This document shows, in pieces, positions 31,201 through 39,392 of a stretch of DNA of 64,000 bases. Position numbers and translations under genes: made by a program. The notes below the pieces were generated by a model that saw nothing but the letters and a program-made list of their open reading frames with translations, had not been told where the DNA came from and did not search any database. Each line of letters begins with the position of its first letter. Position 1 is the first letter of the stretch. The stretch is from an uncultured Pseudomonadota bacterium (GTDB lineage Bacteria > Oederibacteriota > Muellerivitia > Muellerivitales > Muellerivitaceae). The DNA lies in NCBI GenBank assembly GCA_963843375.1, contig CAWJKT010000010.1, positions 105,424 through 169,423 of the forward strand, given 5' to 3'.

Positions 31201-31828
31201 TCTTTACGACCTAATCGAGTTTGAAGACCCCGGCTATGCCCGCAAGTACCTGGACAGAATACTGGCAACCCTTCAAAAGGACTCGAAAGCTGCAGATTTC
31301 TCGGCCACTAAGGCGGTCGTGAAATATTTACATAAGGTCATGGAAATCAAAGACGAGGTCTATGTGGCTCATCTATTGACCAGCCCGGAGAAGTACGAGA
31401 AGGATGCCAAACGCTACAAGGTGGATTTGGCCAACGGTGACAGGATCATTTACAAGCACTTCAACCGCCCTCATTTCGATATTTGGGGAATGAACATAGA
31501 GTTCGATTTCAACAGTCGCGACTGGATGTTAAGGATAATGAAACACATGAAATTCCTACGCCGCCTCATGCCCGCATGGCATAAACGCGAAAAGGGTTTT
31601 AGGGCCTGGTATGAAGCCCTAGTGGACCGTTTTGAGTACACTAGCCCCGAAATGTACGAGCGTTGGGTAGCTGTTCTTTCCTTGCCGGAGGAGGTCAGGG
31701 GATACCGTTTGGTTCGTTACCCCAAGATGGAACAGGCTATGGAACAAGCCGAGAAGATTCTTTCAGGAACAGCCTTGGCGCCCGCCTTCAATCCCGCCAA
31801 CCCGCCGAAACAACTTTCTAAAGTTTAA
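28286..31828 (+). CDS. Indolepyruvate:ferredoxin oxidoreductase family protein (fused IorA/IorB-like, 1180 aa)
   Basis: Fused 2-oxoacid:ferredoxin oxidoreductase architecture; TPP-binding GDSTFFHSGL, Cys clusters (CPGCPH…; C…C…C…CP). Confidence 0.85.
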   Translation: MDPRFVKDTGTETYTGNELILKGGLEAGMNLLTGYPGSPVADVFEAAVNATPYLKEHGILAQIANNEALSAARLNGAQMAGLRAITVMKSVGFHVAADALVAGSLAKKDHKGAGVIVIGDDPWSDTTQVPVDSRRLSDHLFIPVLEPATFQEIKDWIKVAFELSEEADLFIAYLLITYTAEGGGSVDVYPNQPPKGATTLNKVTIDSSKFDITHSIVLPPHTIPLEKEALEVKFPRLLESARAKGINKIIPAKEKSFAFITAGASYTYLEQALSEFGLSGKFPILKLGLTFPVDPQAVEEILKYSATLVVVEEKRRFIESQVRNIVMDLYQSGKLKEMPTVWGKSFPEGLEGFTEGKGLSPAVVMTTLAPLLKHFELSTPKVNKEIQFIKSLDDLEVNIPKRTPSFCPGCPHRDSSSVFLQLVADFKDPVYMKKNHKQGPLDILFHGDAGCYVLLFMPPNGPLMHNYIGMGLGGGTGAGLSPFSTNKSVCFIGDSTFFHSGLSEISDSIKNNQDVLYVVLDNKTTAMTGHQPHPGMESDLMGNPTFGQDIEKVLKGLTKGNDLTIARVNPEKRDDYRFLLEDMILEPGVKFVIADKECGITYHRRKRREVSQFKAKHGYLPVQKRVNVNDHTCEYCLECTRLTGCPGLAIEDTLYGPKMSTDLSYCVSDMACTRIKACPAFEELTIVRAHKLENPVLPDPGQIPEPQPFAFEEDWRGYIAGVGGMGIGSSTAVLVRAAEKHGYHITFCDKKGIAIRNGGVYSQVTFSKKKKVVSPLQPQGKSNLLLGLDILESARGLDPRLNFRMGSKQYTHSVVNTHKTHTILTLMGKDDFSPLELSELFKKYTMDYFGADMSAIAEHYLGNKVFVNVLLLGVAFQRGLLPVTLHEMVDSIKDNFNPSAAKHNIDAFHLGRDVAVHPEKYDAEVRLSFQEIVMKKTAFLGGKRAEVYLNMTKEFLKLWEGDEDTRVQFANRLYDLIEFEDPGYARKYLDRILATLQKDSKAADFSATKAVVKYLHKVMEIKDEVYVAHLLTSPEKYEKDAKRYKVDLANGDRIIYKHFNRPHFDIWGMNIEFDFNSRDWMLRIMKHMKFLRRLMPAWHKREKGFRAWYEALVDRFEYTSPEMYERWVAVLSLPEEVRGYRLVRYPKMEQAMEQAEKILSGTALAPAFNPANPPKQLSKV

Positions 31829-31982
31829 CAATGTGCTGAACCCCCGTTTTTCCTTCAAAAAAAACAGAGGAATGGAGACGTTTCAAATTCCTTTGCGTTT
31901 AGAAAATCAGCATCTTGTTAATCAGGGAACTTAATCACCCACAACCAACTTTTTGGAACTTGTTCACTCAGGGATTCAATTC

Positions 31983-32555
31983 TCAATTAGGACGCGGATT
32001 TCTTCGCCAGAACTCAGAACTGGCCTCGGGCATTTTCTTGTAAATGTTGTTCAAATGCGTCTTCAGAGTGGCCTTTGAAATGGACAATCTCTTGACGATT
32101 CTGGAATTGGTAAATCCTTGGATACAAAGATTGGCTATTTCCAATTCCCGCTTGGTTAAATCTTTGTTCCTGAATCTCTTGAGCCATGCGTCATATTTCT
32201 GCTGGAGGGGATACAACATCACCATTCGGTAAGGAACCGCATTGAAAAAAAGAACGTCAAAAAACTGGTTTCCCACCTTTTGGTTCGAAAAATATTGTAT
32301 CCCATCCTCGCCGAGGGGCCTCCCCAGGTTTTTTTCGCAGGACACGACACAGGTTTGTGGGCAATCCATTCCGGAAAAATTCCCGCAAAGTTTCTTGCAG
32401 ACCAAGTTTTGGAAATAAACCCTGGTCCCCGACCTTAATAGGCAAATACTGGTGCGGTTTTTCTTTAGAGCTTCCTTAAACCAAACGATCATTTTCCACC
32501 CGGAGGGTTGATTGTGGGTTCGTTCCTTTAAACGGACAATGAACTCCTGTCGCAT
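31983..32555 (-). CDS. LuxR-family transcriptional regulator (C-terminal HTH) with Cys-rich N-terminal region
   Basis: C-terminal LTKRELEIANLCIQGFTNSRIVKRLSISKATLKTHLNNIYKKM (LuxR/GerE HTH); N-terminal half contains CKKLCGNFSGMDCPQTCVVSC. Confidence 0.7.
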   Translation of the reverse strand: MRQEFIVRLKERTHNQPSGWKMIVWFKEALKKNRTSICLLRSGTRVYFQNLVCKKLCGNFSGMDCPQTCVVSCEKNLGRPLGEDGIQYFSNQKVGNQFFDVLFFNAVPYRMVMLYPLQQKYDAWLKRFRNKDLTKRELEIANLCIQGFTNSRIVKRLSISKATLKTHLNNIYKKMPEASSEFWRRNPRPN

Positions 32556-32623
32556 TAAACGTTAAATGATTCTAAAACAATATGATTCGCATCAGGTTGG
32601 GATAAAACTACCGGGGTGAAGCG

Positions 32624-33286
32624 ATGACCGCCGTAACTAATGGAATGACCGTTTATACCGCCAAACAGGAAATGGCCAACTGCTTAACGGCTGGAATGGG
32701 AGTTGTCTTGGTTGGTGCAGGAACCATCTTTTTGATCGTTTTAGCCTGTCTTGAGGGAAATGCCTGGCATGTCGTAAGTTTCAGTATTTATGGCGGAACA
32801 CTAGTCCTGCTTTACTTGACAGCCACCCTTTACCACAGCTTCCGATCGCCTGGGGTTAAAAGGTTTTTTGAAAAACTGGACCATTCGGCGATATTCCTCC
32901 TGATAGCCGGCACTTATACCCCTTTCACCCTGGTAATTTTAAGAGGTGCCTGGGGCTGGTCACTTTTCGGGATAGTTTGGGGGATAAGCCTTTTGGGAAT
33001 TGTTTACAAACTCTTATTCACCGGACGTCACCGGGTTTTTTCAACCCTTCTCTATATTGGCCTAGGTTGGATGGCGCTTTTGGCCTTTAAGCCCCTGATG
33101 TCCGCCCTTTCTATCAGAGGAATGATTTTGTTGTTCTTGGGTGGAGTCAGTTACAGTTTCGGGACGGTTTTTTACCACCGAAAAAATTTTTATTACAGTC
33201 ATGCGATTTGGCACCTTTTCGTCTTGACCGGAAGCCTCTTCCATTACTTTGCGATTTTGTATTACGTTTTGCCCACGAAAGTTTAA
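32624..33286 (+). CDS. Hemolysin III / PAQR family membrane protein
   Basis: 7-TM protein with HlyIII-family motifs (…LYHSF…, LDHSAIFLLIAGTYTPF, …HLFVL…). Confidence 0.85.
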   Translation: MTAVTNGMTVYTAKQEMANCLTAGMGVVLVGAGTIFLIVLACLEGNAWHVVSFSIYGGTLVLLYLTATLYHSFRSPGVKRFFEKLDHSAIFLLIAGTYTPFTLVILRGAWGWSLFGIVWGISLLGIVYKLLFTGRHRVFSTLLYIGLGWMALLAFKPLMSALSIRGMILLFLGGVSYSFGTVFYHRKNFYYSHAIWHLFVLTGSLFHYFAILYYVLPTKV

Positions 33287-33310
33287 CCTCTAAAATATTT
33301 TAACTTTTGT

Positions 33311-34008
33311 TTGAAAGACAATTTCTTGATCGCCGTCGCGAACCCTTCTCCCCGCTGTTTGTTCGTTTATCCCCATTTTACTTCCCAGTCCTTTTGGAAT
33401 TACCGAGCCACCTGTGAGGTGGTAGGTGCCAAATATCCCACAGCCCCCCTAGGACTTATCACCGTGGCAGCCATGCTTCCCCCGGAATGGGAAATTAGGC
33501 TTAGCGACCTGAATGCGGAGGAACTGGACGTACGGGATGTGGAATGGGCCGACATTGTTTTTCTTGGGGGAATGATTGCTCAACAGCCTGATCACTTATA
33601 CCTCATCGATTATTTCAAATCCTTGGGGAAAATAGTTGTCGTGGGAGGCCCGACGCAACATCGAGTCCCCGCCTTTACGATAAGGCCGACTATCTTGTGC
33701 TTGGGGAAGCCGAGGTGACAATGCCCCTATTCCTAGCTGATTTCGCCAAAGGTAAAGCCGGACATTTTTACGAAACAGGTGGTTTGAAAGCAATTATGGC
33801 TGACGGTCCAATGCCTCGTTTCAAACTGCTGAGGTTCGACAACTATCTCCATGTGGGAATCCAATGGAACCGAGGATGCCCCTTCATGTTCAAATTTTGC
33901 GACATCATCGAGCTATTCGGACGGATTCCGCGTGGAAAAAGTGTGGATAAGGTGCTGGAGGTTGCATATATTACGGGTTGTTGCGATTTTACCGATTCTT
34001 TTGTGTGA
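33311..34008 (+). pseudogene. B12-binding radical SAM protein (DUF4070-type), N-terminal fragment only, frameshifted and truncated
   Basis: B12-binding domain (…LFVYPHF…FWNYRATCEVVGAKYPTAPLGLITVAAMLPPEWEIRL…VVGGP) and start of the radical-SAM core (…RGCPFMFKFCDIIELFGRIPR…) in two frames; ends abruptly at ~34000 where the GC-rich MFS gene begins; a full-length protein would be ~480 aa. Confidence 0.6.
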
Positions 34009-35283
34009 TTGAAGAATGGAGGGGAGATGGAAGAGCAACCTGTAAAGTTGTACTCGTACAGATGGGTAGTGCTCGCGGTGTTCATGCTCATAAATGTCAT
34101 GGTTCAAGTGCTGTGGATCTGTTACGCGCCTATCGCAACGCTGGCGGCCACCGCCTACGGAGTGAAGCGTGAAGACATCGATCTCCTGGCGAACATGTTC
34201 ATGCTTATCTACATCGTTGTCGCTTTCCCGGCGGCCTGGGCAATTGATACTTACGGTTTCAAGAAAGCGGTCGGATTCGGCGCCTCATTGATGGGAGCTT
34301 TCGGACTGCTCCGTGCGCTGTTTCCCACGAATTACACTATGGCGGTGGTGGGATCGATTGGTATATCGGTCGGACAACCTTTTCTTTTAAATGCGTTCAC
34401 CAAATTTGCTGCCCTTTGGTTTCCGCAAAAACACAGAGCAACCATAACGGGCGTCATTTTTCTTGCTGTGTTTTTAGGTATCGGGCTTGGCGAGGTGCTG
34501 GGACCAGGATTGGTTTCTGCCTGCGGTTTTGCAGGAATGCAGCTCATCTATGGAATTGTCTCGGCAGTTTCAGCCTTGTTGTTCCTTGTTCTGGCACAAT
34601 CTGAGCCGCCAACACCGGCGAGCCCTCCGGGAGAGGAGGTTCGCGCGCTTGTGCTTGACAGCCTGAAGCAAATCCTAAAAAACAAAGACGTCTATATCCT
34701 CTCTCTCGCGCTGTTCCTGGCCAGCGGCATTGTGAACGGTGTGTTTACCCTGATTGACGGACTCGGAAAGGAGCTTTCGCTCACTGTAGACCAAGGTGTG
34801 CTGCTGACGGCTTTGTTGCTCCTCGGTGGAATCGTCGGTAGTATTGCGATTCCCGCGGTTTCGGACGCCTTAGGACGTCGGAAGCTGGTGCTGCTCATTT
34901 CGGTCTTTCTAGCAGTACCGGCCACGCTCGGTTTGGTGCTCGGGAGAGGCTTCGCATTCGAGATCATTTGTTTCTTTGTAATGGGCTTCGCGGTCACAGG
35001 CGTGACGCCGGTGGCCTATCAATACGGCGCTGAAATCACTTTTCCGGCTCCCGAGGGTACGAGCAATGGGATTTTCGCCCTGGTCGTACAGGCATCCGGT
35101 CTTCTGATAGTCCTGATGGACGCATTCCGGGGAACGTTCCATAACTCCTACATCCCATCGTTTGTAGGCCTCGCGCTGTTGCTGGGGGGAGCAGCCTTCC
35201 TCATGCTATCACTCTCCGAGTCCCCGAAGATGGCTCGATCATCGATAGCCGCTGAGTCGGAAGTAATATCAGACGGACTGTAG
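34009..35283 (+). CDS. MFS transporter (12 TM), GC-richer than its surroundings
   Basis: 424-aa ORF with 12 predicted TM helices and an MFS-like loop (…ALGRRKLVLL…); codon usage visibly richer in GCG/CTG/GGC than neighbouring genes. Confidence 0.8.
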   Translation: MKNGGEMEEQPVKLYSYRWVVLAVFMLINVMVQVLWICYAPIATLAATAYGVKREDIDLLANMFMLIYIVVAFPAAWAIDTYGFKKAVGFGASLMGAFGLLRALFPTNYTMAVVGSIGISVGQPFLLNAFTKFAALWFPQKHRATITGVIFLAVFLGIGLGEVLGPGLVSACGFAGMQLIYGIVSAVSALLFLVLAQSEPPTPASPPGEEVRALVLDSLKQILKNKDVYILSLALFLASGIVNGVFTLIDGLGKELSLTVDQGVLLTALLLLGGIVGSIAIPAVSDALGRRKLVLLISVFLAVPATLGLVLGRGFAFEIICFFVMGFAVTGVTPVAYQYGAEITFPAPEGTSNGIFALVVQASGLLIVLMDAFRGTFHNSYIPSFVGLALLLGGAAFLMLSLSESPKMARSSIAAESEVISDGL

Positions 35284-35353
35284 CGAAGCCCCTTGGCTAG
35301 TGGATAAACGGCGATCAAAGACCTCTTATGCCTTTATTAATGTGGGGTATTAA

Positions 35354-35728
35354 GTGAATCCAGTCCTCAAAAAACTCCAATTCAAGGGCCAAAGTCCCGT
35401 ATTGTTGATAGCGGCTCCTGCGGAGTTTCGAAAGATCGCAAAAGATTTCAAGGTCCCACTTCATACCGACCCAAAAGGGCAATACGAATTTATTCTTTGT
35501 TTTGTCACCTCCTTGGCCGAAGGAGAAAAAATATCTAAACGCCTTAAAAAAGCGGTTGGTAAAAAGACCGTTATGTGGATTGCATATCCCAAGGGAACCT
35601 CGAAAAAGTACCACTCTGATTACAACCGAGATACTGGGAACGCACTGATGGAGAAGCGGGGTTTTACAGGTGTTTCATTGGTGGCCTTGGATGCGGATTG
35701 GTCCGCAATGCGTTTCAAAATATTTTGA
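35354..35728 (+). CDS. DUF3052-like small conserved protein
   Basis: VLLIAAPAEF, FILCFV, MWIAYPKGTSKK, VSLVALDADWSAMRFKI match the DUF3052 pattern (recalled from memory, not searched). Confidence 0.5.
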   Translation: MNPVLKKLQFKGQSPVLLIAAPAEFRKIAKDFKVPLHTDPKGQYEFILCFVTSLAEGEKISKRLKKAVGKKTVMWIAYPKGTSKKYHSDYNRDTGNALMEKRGFTGVSLVALDADWSAMRFKIF

Positions 35729-35832
35729 TGAACCTGCAATTTATTATTCGGCCATCCCGAACAAAAAATCCATCTAGAAACAAGCATTTTTCTAATGACA
35801 GTTTTGATCACAATGAGGCGAGGAGGATTTAA

Positions 35833-36219
35833 ATGAGGATTAAGCTAAACAGCGTATTCGTAGACGACCAAGAAAAGGCTCTTAAGTTTTATACAGAAGT
35901 CTTGGGTTTTGTTAAAAAAGTTGATTTCCCCGTGGGGACATTTAAATGGTTGACGGTTGTCTCTCCTGAAGAACCAGACGGAACACAATTATTGCTTTCG
36001 CCGAATGCCAACCCTACTTCAAAGACTTATCAAAAATCAATTTTTGAACAAGGAATACCTACCACCTCATTTGCGGTGGACGATGTTCAAAAAGAATATG
36101 AAAAGCTTAAAAAACTCGGAGTAAAGTTTAGGCAACAACCGGTAAAAATGGGACCGGTAACTCAAGCGGTTTTTGATGATACCTGTGGAAACCTAATTCA
36201 GATTGCAGAGAAGGAATGA
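35833..36219 (+). CDS. VOC (glyoxalase/bleomycin-resistance/dioxygenase) family protein, low-GC gene
   Basis: 128 aa with a paired beta-alpha-beta-beta-beta module pattern (…FYTEVLGF…; …VKFRQQPVKMG…TCGNLIQI); notably AT-rich. Confidence 0.8.
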   Translation: MRIKLNSVFVDDQEKALKFYTEVLGFVKKVDFPVGTFKWLTVVSPEEPDGTQLLLSPNANPTSKTYQKSIFEQGIPTTSFAVDDVQKEYEKLKKLGVKFRQQPVKMGPVTQAVFDDTCGNLIQIAEKE

Positions 36220-36249
36220 AAGTCTTTCCACAACGGGGAGGGTAAAAAG

Positions 36250-37032
36250 TTGAAAATAATCGGAAAAGAAATATTGGTAGTGCTGGGACTTATAGTCGCT
36301 ATAAGCATTCCAGCGTATTTACTCCGACTTCTCTTTAAGTACTACGCTTTGTTTTCGTCCGTCGACCCCTTTGGGACTACTTGGAAAGGAGTGTGGATCC
36401 TTCAGGCCTCTACCTTGGTGGGCGTTCTCGTGACCGCCCTCTATACGAGCTGGCTGTTCTCCCTAAAACCCTGGCAAGGATTTGAATTCATGGGATTCAA
36501 AAAGCCTGATGGGAAACAAATCCTAGTTGCTTTATTGGCTTCTTTGCCTACCGCTTTGAACATGTGGTATGCCCTTCATTCAAGTCCTGGCGCAGCTTTG
36601 ATTCAGGGTTGGGGACCCCACCTTCTTTTTTCTTTTCTTGGTAACGGGGTTGTCGAGGAAGGCTTTTTTCGCGGCTTTTTCTACCATTATTTTCGAATGA
36701 ACCACTCTTTTGAGGGAGCTGCTTTGGGTTCGAGCCTTCTTTGGAGCTTGGCGCATCTGTCAATGTCCAGTGCCTTCGGCTCTTTTTGGGTCTCCATGAT
36801 CTTGGCCCTCGTTTTGGGTTTCCCCTTTGCCTACCTTTTTGAAAAAGGGAAGAATGTCCTTTGGGGCTGTATGCTGGTCCACATGGTTCTTGATTCATCC
36901 CAGTTATTCAAAAATCCAGATGGAACCGGTCTTAATTTAGGAAATCTCCAGGTTGTGAGTCTTTTGCTCACCACAGCCCTTATTTTTATTCTGCCAAGAT
37001 GGGTTATGAAATCGGATCGATCAATTCAATGA
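36250..37032 (+). CDS. CPBP family (CAAX/Abi) intramembrane metalloprotease
   Basis: EEGFFRGFFYHYF (EExxxR), LLWSLAHL (FxxxH), MVHMVLDS (HxxxD) motifs in TM helices. Confidence 0.8.
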   Translation: MKIIGKEILVVLGLIVAISIPAYLLRLLFKYYALFSSVDPFGTTWKGVWILQASTLVGVLVTALYTSWLFSLKPWQGFEFMGFKKPDGKQILVALLASLPTALNMWYALHSSPGAALIQGWGPHLLFSFLGNGVVEEGFFRGFFYHYFRMNHSFEGAALGSSLLWSLAHLSMSSAFGSFWVSMILALVLGFPFAYLFEKGKNVLWGCMLVHMVLDSSQLFKNPDGTGLNLGNLQVVSLLLTTALIFILPRWVMKSDRSIQ

Positions 37033-37036
37033 TAGA

Positions 37037-37064
37037 TGTCCACGACGGGGACCCGTCATGGACA
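37037..37064. repeat. Palindromic repeat copy R1 (tgtccacgacgg-ggac-ccgtcatggaca)
   Basis: 28-nt near-perfect palindrome (12-bp stem with one mismatch, 4-nt loop) beginning 4 nt after the CPBP stop; carries the core TGTCCACGACGGGGACCCG. Confidence 0.6.
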
Positions 37065-37110
37065 TGGAAATATTAGTTAATGAGGACTACGTTTTTCGAA
37101 GGGAGGCGTT

Positions 37111-37521
37111 TTGAGAAAAAACAAGGCCTTTTCAAATGATCTCGGGACTTTGCCCGTCACTATTTATGGAGGGGTTCCAGGCGCATTGTCGTTGTTCGGG
37201 TTGGGATTTTGCCTGGCATTTATTGTCGTCTTTTTACAAGTAACTGGGGACATTGTTCCCTTGTGGGCATGGCTGCTTTTTGGTTCCATGTCTTTTTTTA
37301 TGTTTTTAATGGGAATGGTGATTCTTGAAAACCGCATCCAGGTTAACGAATCGAGTTTGTCCTTGTCCCGCATGCACTGGAACCTATTTTCCCCGCCATA
37401 CTTGAAAATTCCTTGGGCCGACATCCGGAAAATCGATGCCAGCCAAAAGAACATCAAACCCGGCCGATATGGCCCTAACCAAATAACGTTGGTCCAAATT
37501 TTTCACAGCAGCTCGGAATAA
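37111..37521 (+). CDS. Small membrane protein (2 TM plus soluble C-terminal domain; possibly bacterial PH-domain/YdbS-like)
   Basis: Two hydrophobic helices then …RIQVNESSLSLSRMHWNLFSPPYLKIPWADIRKID…; family assignment tentative. Confidence 0.45.
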   Translation: MRKNKAFSNDLGTLPVTIYGGVPGALSLFGLGFCLAFIVVFLQVTGDIVPLWAWLLFGSMSFFMFLMGMVILENRIQVNESSLSLSRMHWNLFSPPYLKIPWADIRKIDASQKNIKPGRYGPNQITLVQIFHSSSE

Positions 37522-37664
37522 CCAGCGGAGATAAACGTAACCTTATTCAAGTCGAATCCCCAATGGCCAGTTATCGAAAAACCATCCTAGAGAAAGTGGG
37601 TGAAGTTCGGATCACGGAATCGGCCGGAAGGATTTTGGGGCGGGCGAGTCTTCATTAGAAACTT

Positions 37665-37693
37665 GCCCACGACGGAAACCCGTCGTGGACACC
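37665..37693. repeat. Palindromic repeat copy R2 (ccacgacgg-aaac-ccgtcgtgg)
   Basis: Perfect 9-bp stem with a 4-nt loop; on the reverse strand it reads TGTCCACGACGGG…, matching the core of R1/R3/R4. Confidence 0.55.
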
Positions 37694-37720
37694 TAAATTT
37701 AGAATTGTGTACATAATTAT

Positions 37721-37748
37721 TGACATAGTAATAAGAAGCATTATATTG
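37721..37748 (+). promoter_or_regulatory. Sigma70-like promoter (TTGACA, 16-nt spacer, TATATT) for the Phd/VapC operon, with adjacent TGTACA palindrome
   Basis: Consensus -35 and a strong -10 about 40 nt upstream of the antitoxin start. Confidence 0.45.
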
Positions 37749-37788
37749 AAGGGGTCGAAGGTTTTATAGCTTTCAAGAAGGTGGTCTT

Positions 37789-38067
37789 ATGCGAGTCGCG
37801 GGAGTAAGAGAATTTAGGGATCACGCGCCGGAATTTTTGAGCGGCGACGACCTTGTCTTTGTGACCAAACACGGGAAGGTTGCCAGCCTTTTGGTTCCGA
37901 TGTCTAAGTCGCAGGAACTTCCCTTGGAATTGCGGAGGGAGCTTTTAACGAACCTGGGTTCTTCCATTTCAAATCACCTCAAAAAATCAGGCGTCACTGA
38001 GCGGACGGTAACACATGACTTTGAAACATGGAGAAAAAGCCACCGGGCAAATCGCCGCGGACGCTAA
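37789..38067 (+). CDS. Phd/YefM-family type II antitoxin
   Basis: MRVAGVREFRDHAPEFLSGDDLVFVTKHGKVASLLVP N-terminus typical of Phd/YefM; the 3' end overlaps the PIN gene and the true stop is uncertain. Confidence 0.7.
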   Translation: MRVAGVREFRDHAPEFLSGDDLVFVTKHGKVASLLVPMSKSQELPLELRRELLTNLGSSISNHLKKSGVTERTVTHDFETWRKSHRANRRGR

Positions 38068-38446
38068 CGTCCTCCTTTCCGCCGCAACCGGGAGGGCCGC
38101 TCTCAAAGTTTTCATCCATTCCAACCTTGAAGTCATATCCACATCCTTGAACATCAAAGAAGTTTGGGAATATCTTCCCGTAATGGCCGCGAAATATGGA
38201 ATAGCCCCTGAACTCATGGAAAGCCAATTTCAATTATTAGCTGTCAGGGAATACGAACTCAGGGATTACCAAGGATCATTGGCTATAGCTCGAAGAAAAA
38301 TTGGAAAACGAGACCCGGATGATATTGATTTGCTGGCTTTATCTCTTGATCTGGGAATACCCCTGTGGTCAAACGATGGTGATTTTTCGGGAACCGGCGT
38401 TGAATGGTATACCACGGCTCAACTTCTTAAAAAGTTAGAGCTTTAA
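38015..38446 (+). CDS. PIN-domain (VapC-like) toxin
   Basis: Acidic PIN residues in DANVLLSA … DPDDIDLLALSLDLGIPLWSNDGDF. Confidence 0.75.
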   Translation: MTLKHGEKATGQIAADANVLLSAATGRAALKVFIHSNLEVISTSLNIKEVWEYLPVMAAKYGIAPELMESQFQLLAVREYELRDYQGSLAIARRKIGKRDPDDIDLLALSLDLGIPLWSNDGDFSGTGVEWYTTAQLLKKLEL

Positions 38447-38460
38447 TATGCGGCTTTAGG

Positions 38461-38479
38461 TGTCCACAACGGGGACCCG
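38461..38479. repeat. Repeat copy R3 (tgtccacaacggggacccg; right arm degenerate)
   Basis: 18/19 match to the R1/R4 core, 15 nt after the PIN stop. Confidence 0.55.
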
Positions 38480-38623
38480 GAATGACAGGCTACTTGTAAG
38501 GTTTTACATCTTCATTAAGGGTCATTTGGGCGACGAAAAGGCTACTGGGGCGGGCACTTGTCGCCAAAATGGATTAAGCATAAAATGCTTTTAATTGTCA
38601 GGAAGAAACCAAAAGGCATTGAG

Positions 38624-38923
38624 ATGAAAACAGCCATCCAAATCGACAAAGAAAAAATAGCTGAAATATGCCGAAGACACCATATCCAAAGGCTGTCCCT
38701 TTTTGGATCGGTCTTGCGGGATGATTTCAAGCCCGACAGCGACGTGGACGTACTGGTGCAATACCAGCCGGGCCAGGCCGTTGGTTTCGAGGTTTTTGAC
38801 ATCGAAAAGGAACTATCGGACCTGTTTGGCCATGAAGTGGATTTGGTGACTGAAAAATACCTTAATCCACGCCTTCGGGAACGCGTGCTCAATTCGGCGG
38901 AAGTCCAGTATGCAGAGGGATGA
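38624..38923 (+). CDS. Nucleotidyltransferase (MNT) antitoxin of a HepT/MNT pair
   Basis: LFGSVLRDDFKPDSDVDVLV (GSxxRGxxxxxSDxD) nucleotidyltransferase motif. Confidence 0.75.
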   Translation: MKTAIQIDKEKIAEICRRHHIQRLSLFGSVLRDDFKPDSDVDVLVQYQPGQAVGFEVFDIEKELSDLFGHEVDLVTEKYLNPRLRERVLNSAEVQYAEG

Positions 38924-39248
38924 CCGGGTTTATATCGGTCATATGTTAGATACGGCCAAAAAAGCCATCCTGAAAATTCAAGGCCGGAAACAAGAAGAGT
39001 GCGAAGCGGACGAGGATTTTTGCATCGTCCTGGCCCATTACGTTCAAACTTTCGGGGAGGCCGCCCGACATGTAAGCCCCGCCTAACAATCCGCTCACCC
39101 CAATATTCCCTGGGAAAAAATCATCGGGACGCGCCATAAAATTGTTCACGATTATTTGAGCGTGGATTATGGGGTCGTCCTGGGGGTTGTCTTCAGGGAA
39201 TTTCCACCGTTAATCCCCATCTTGGAAAAATACCTGGCCGAGATTTAA
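38910..39248 (+). CDS. HepT (DUF86) toxin; apparent frameshift near 39080
   Basis: MQRDDRVYIGHMLDTAKKAILKIQGRKQEECEADEDFCIVLAHYVQTFGEAARHVSP… then, in another frame, …HPNIPWEKIIGTRHKIVHDYLSVDYGVVLGVV… (HepT Rx4HxY-type C-terminus); 14-nt overlap with the MNT gene. Confidence 0.65.
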
Positions 39249-39283
39249 ATTCGAGTTTTCGGGCTTATTTTGCCGAAACAACC

Positions 39284-39302
39284 TGTCCACGACGGGGACC
39301 CG
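39284..39302. repeat. Repeat copy R4 (tgtccacgacggggacccg; 19/19 identical to R1 left half)
   Basis: 36 nt after the HepT stop; right arm not conserved. Confidence 0.6.
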
Positions 39303-39392
39303 CCTTGAACAAAGAAAAAGAACTGATTTGGCGGTCTGAAATGTGGAGTCTCTCGATTGCGATTTCTGGAAAAAGGTCGTAGGATTTAGGTC

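Noticed and set aside
37037-39302. Integron attC sites / gene-cassette array
   Set aside because: No RYYYAAC / GTTRRRY core sites flank the palindromes, the elements are only ~20-28 nt, and no intI-like integrase is in the window. The cassette-like organisation is still noted as a finding.
37037-39302. CRISPR array
   Set aside because: The repeats are separated by 400-900 bp protein-coding modules rather than 25-40 bp spacers, are imperfect, and no cas genes are present.
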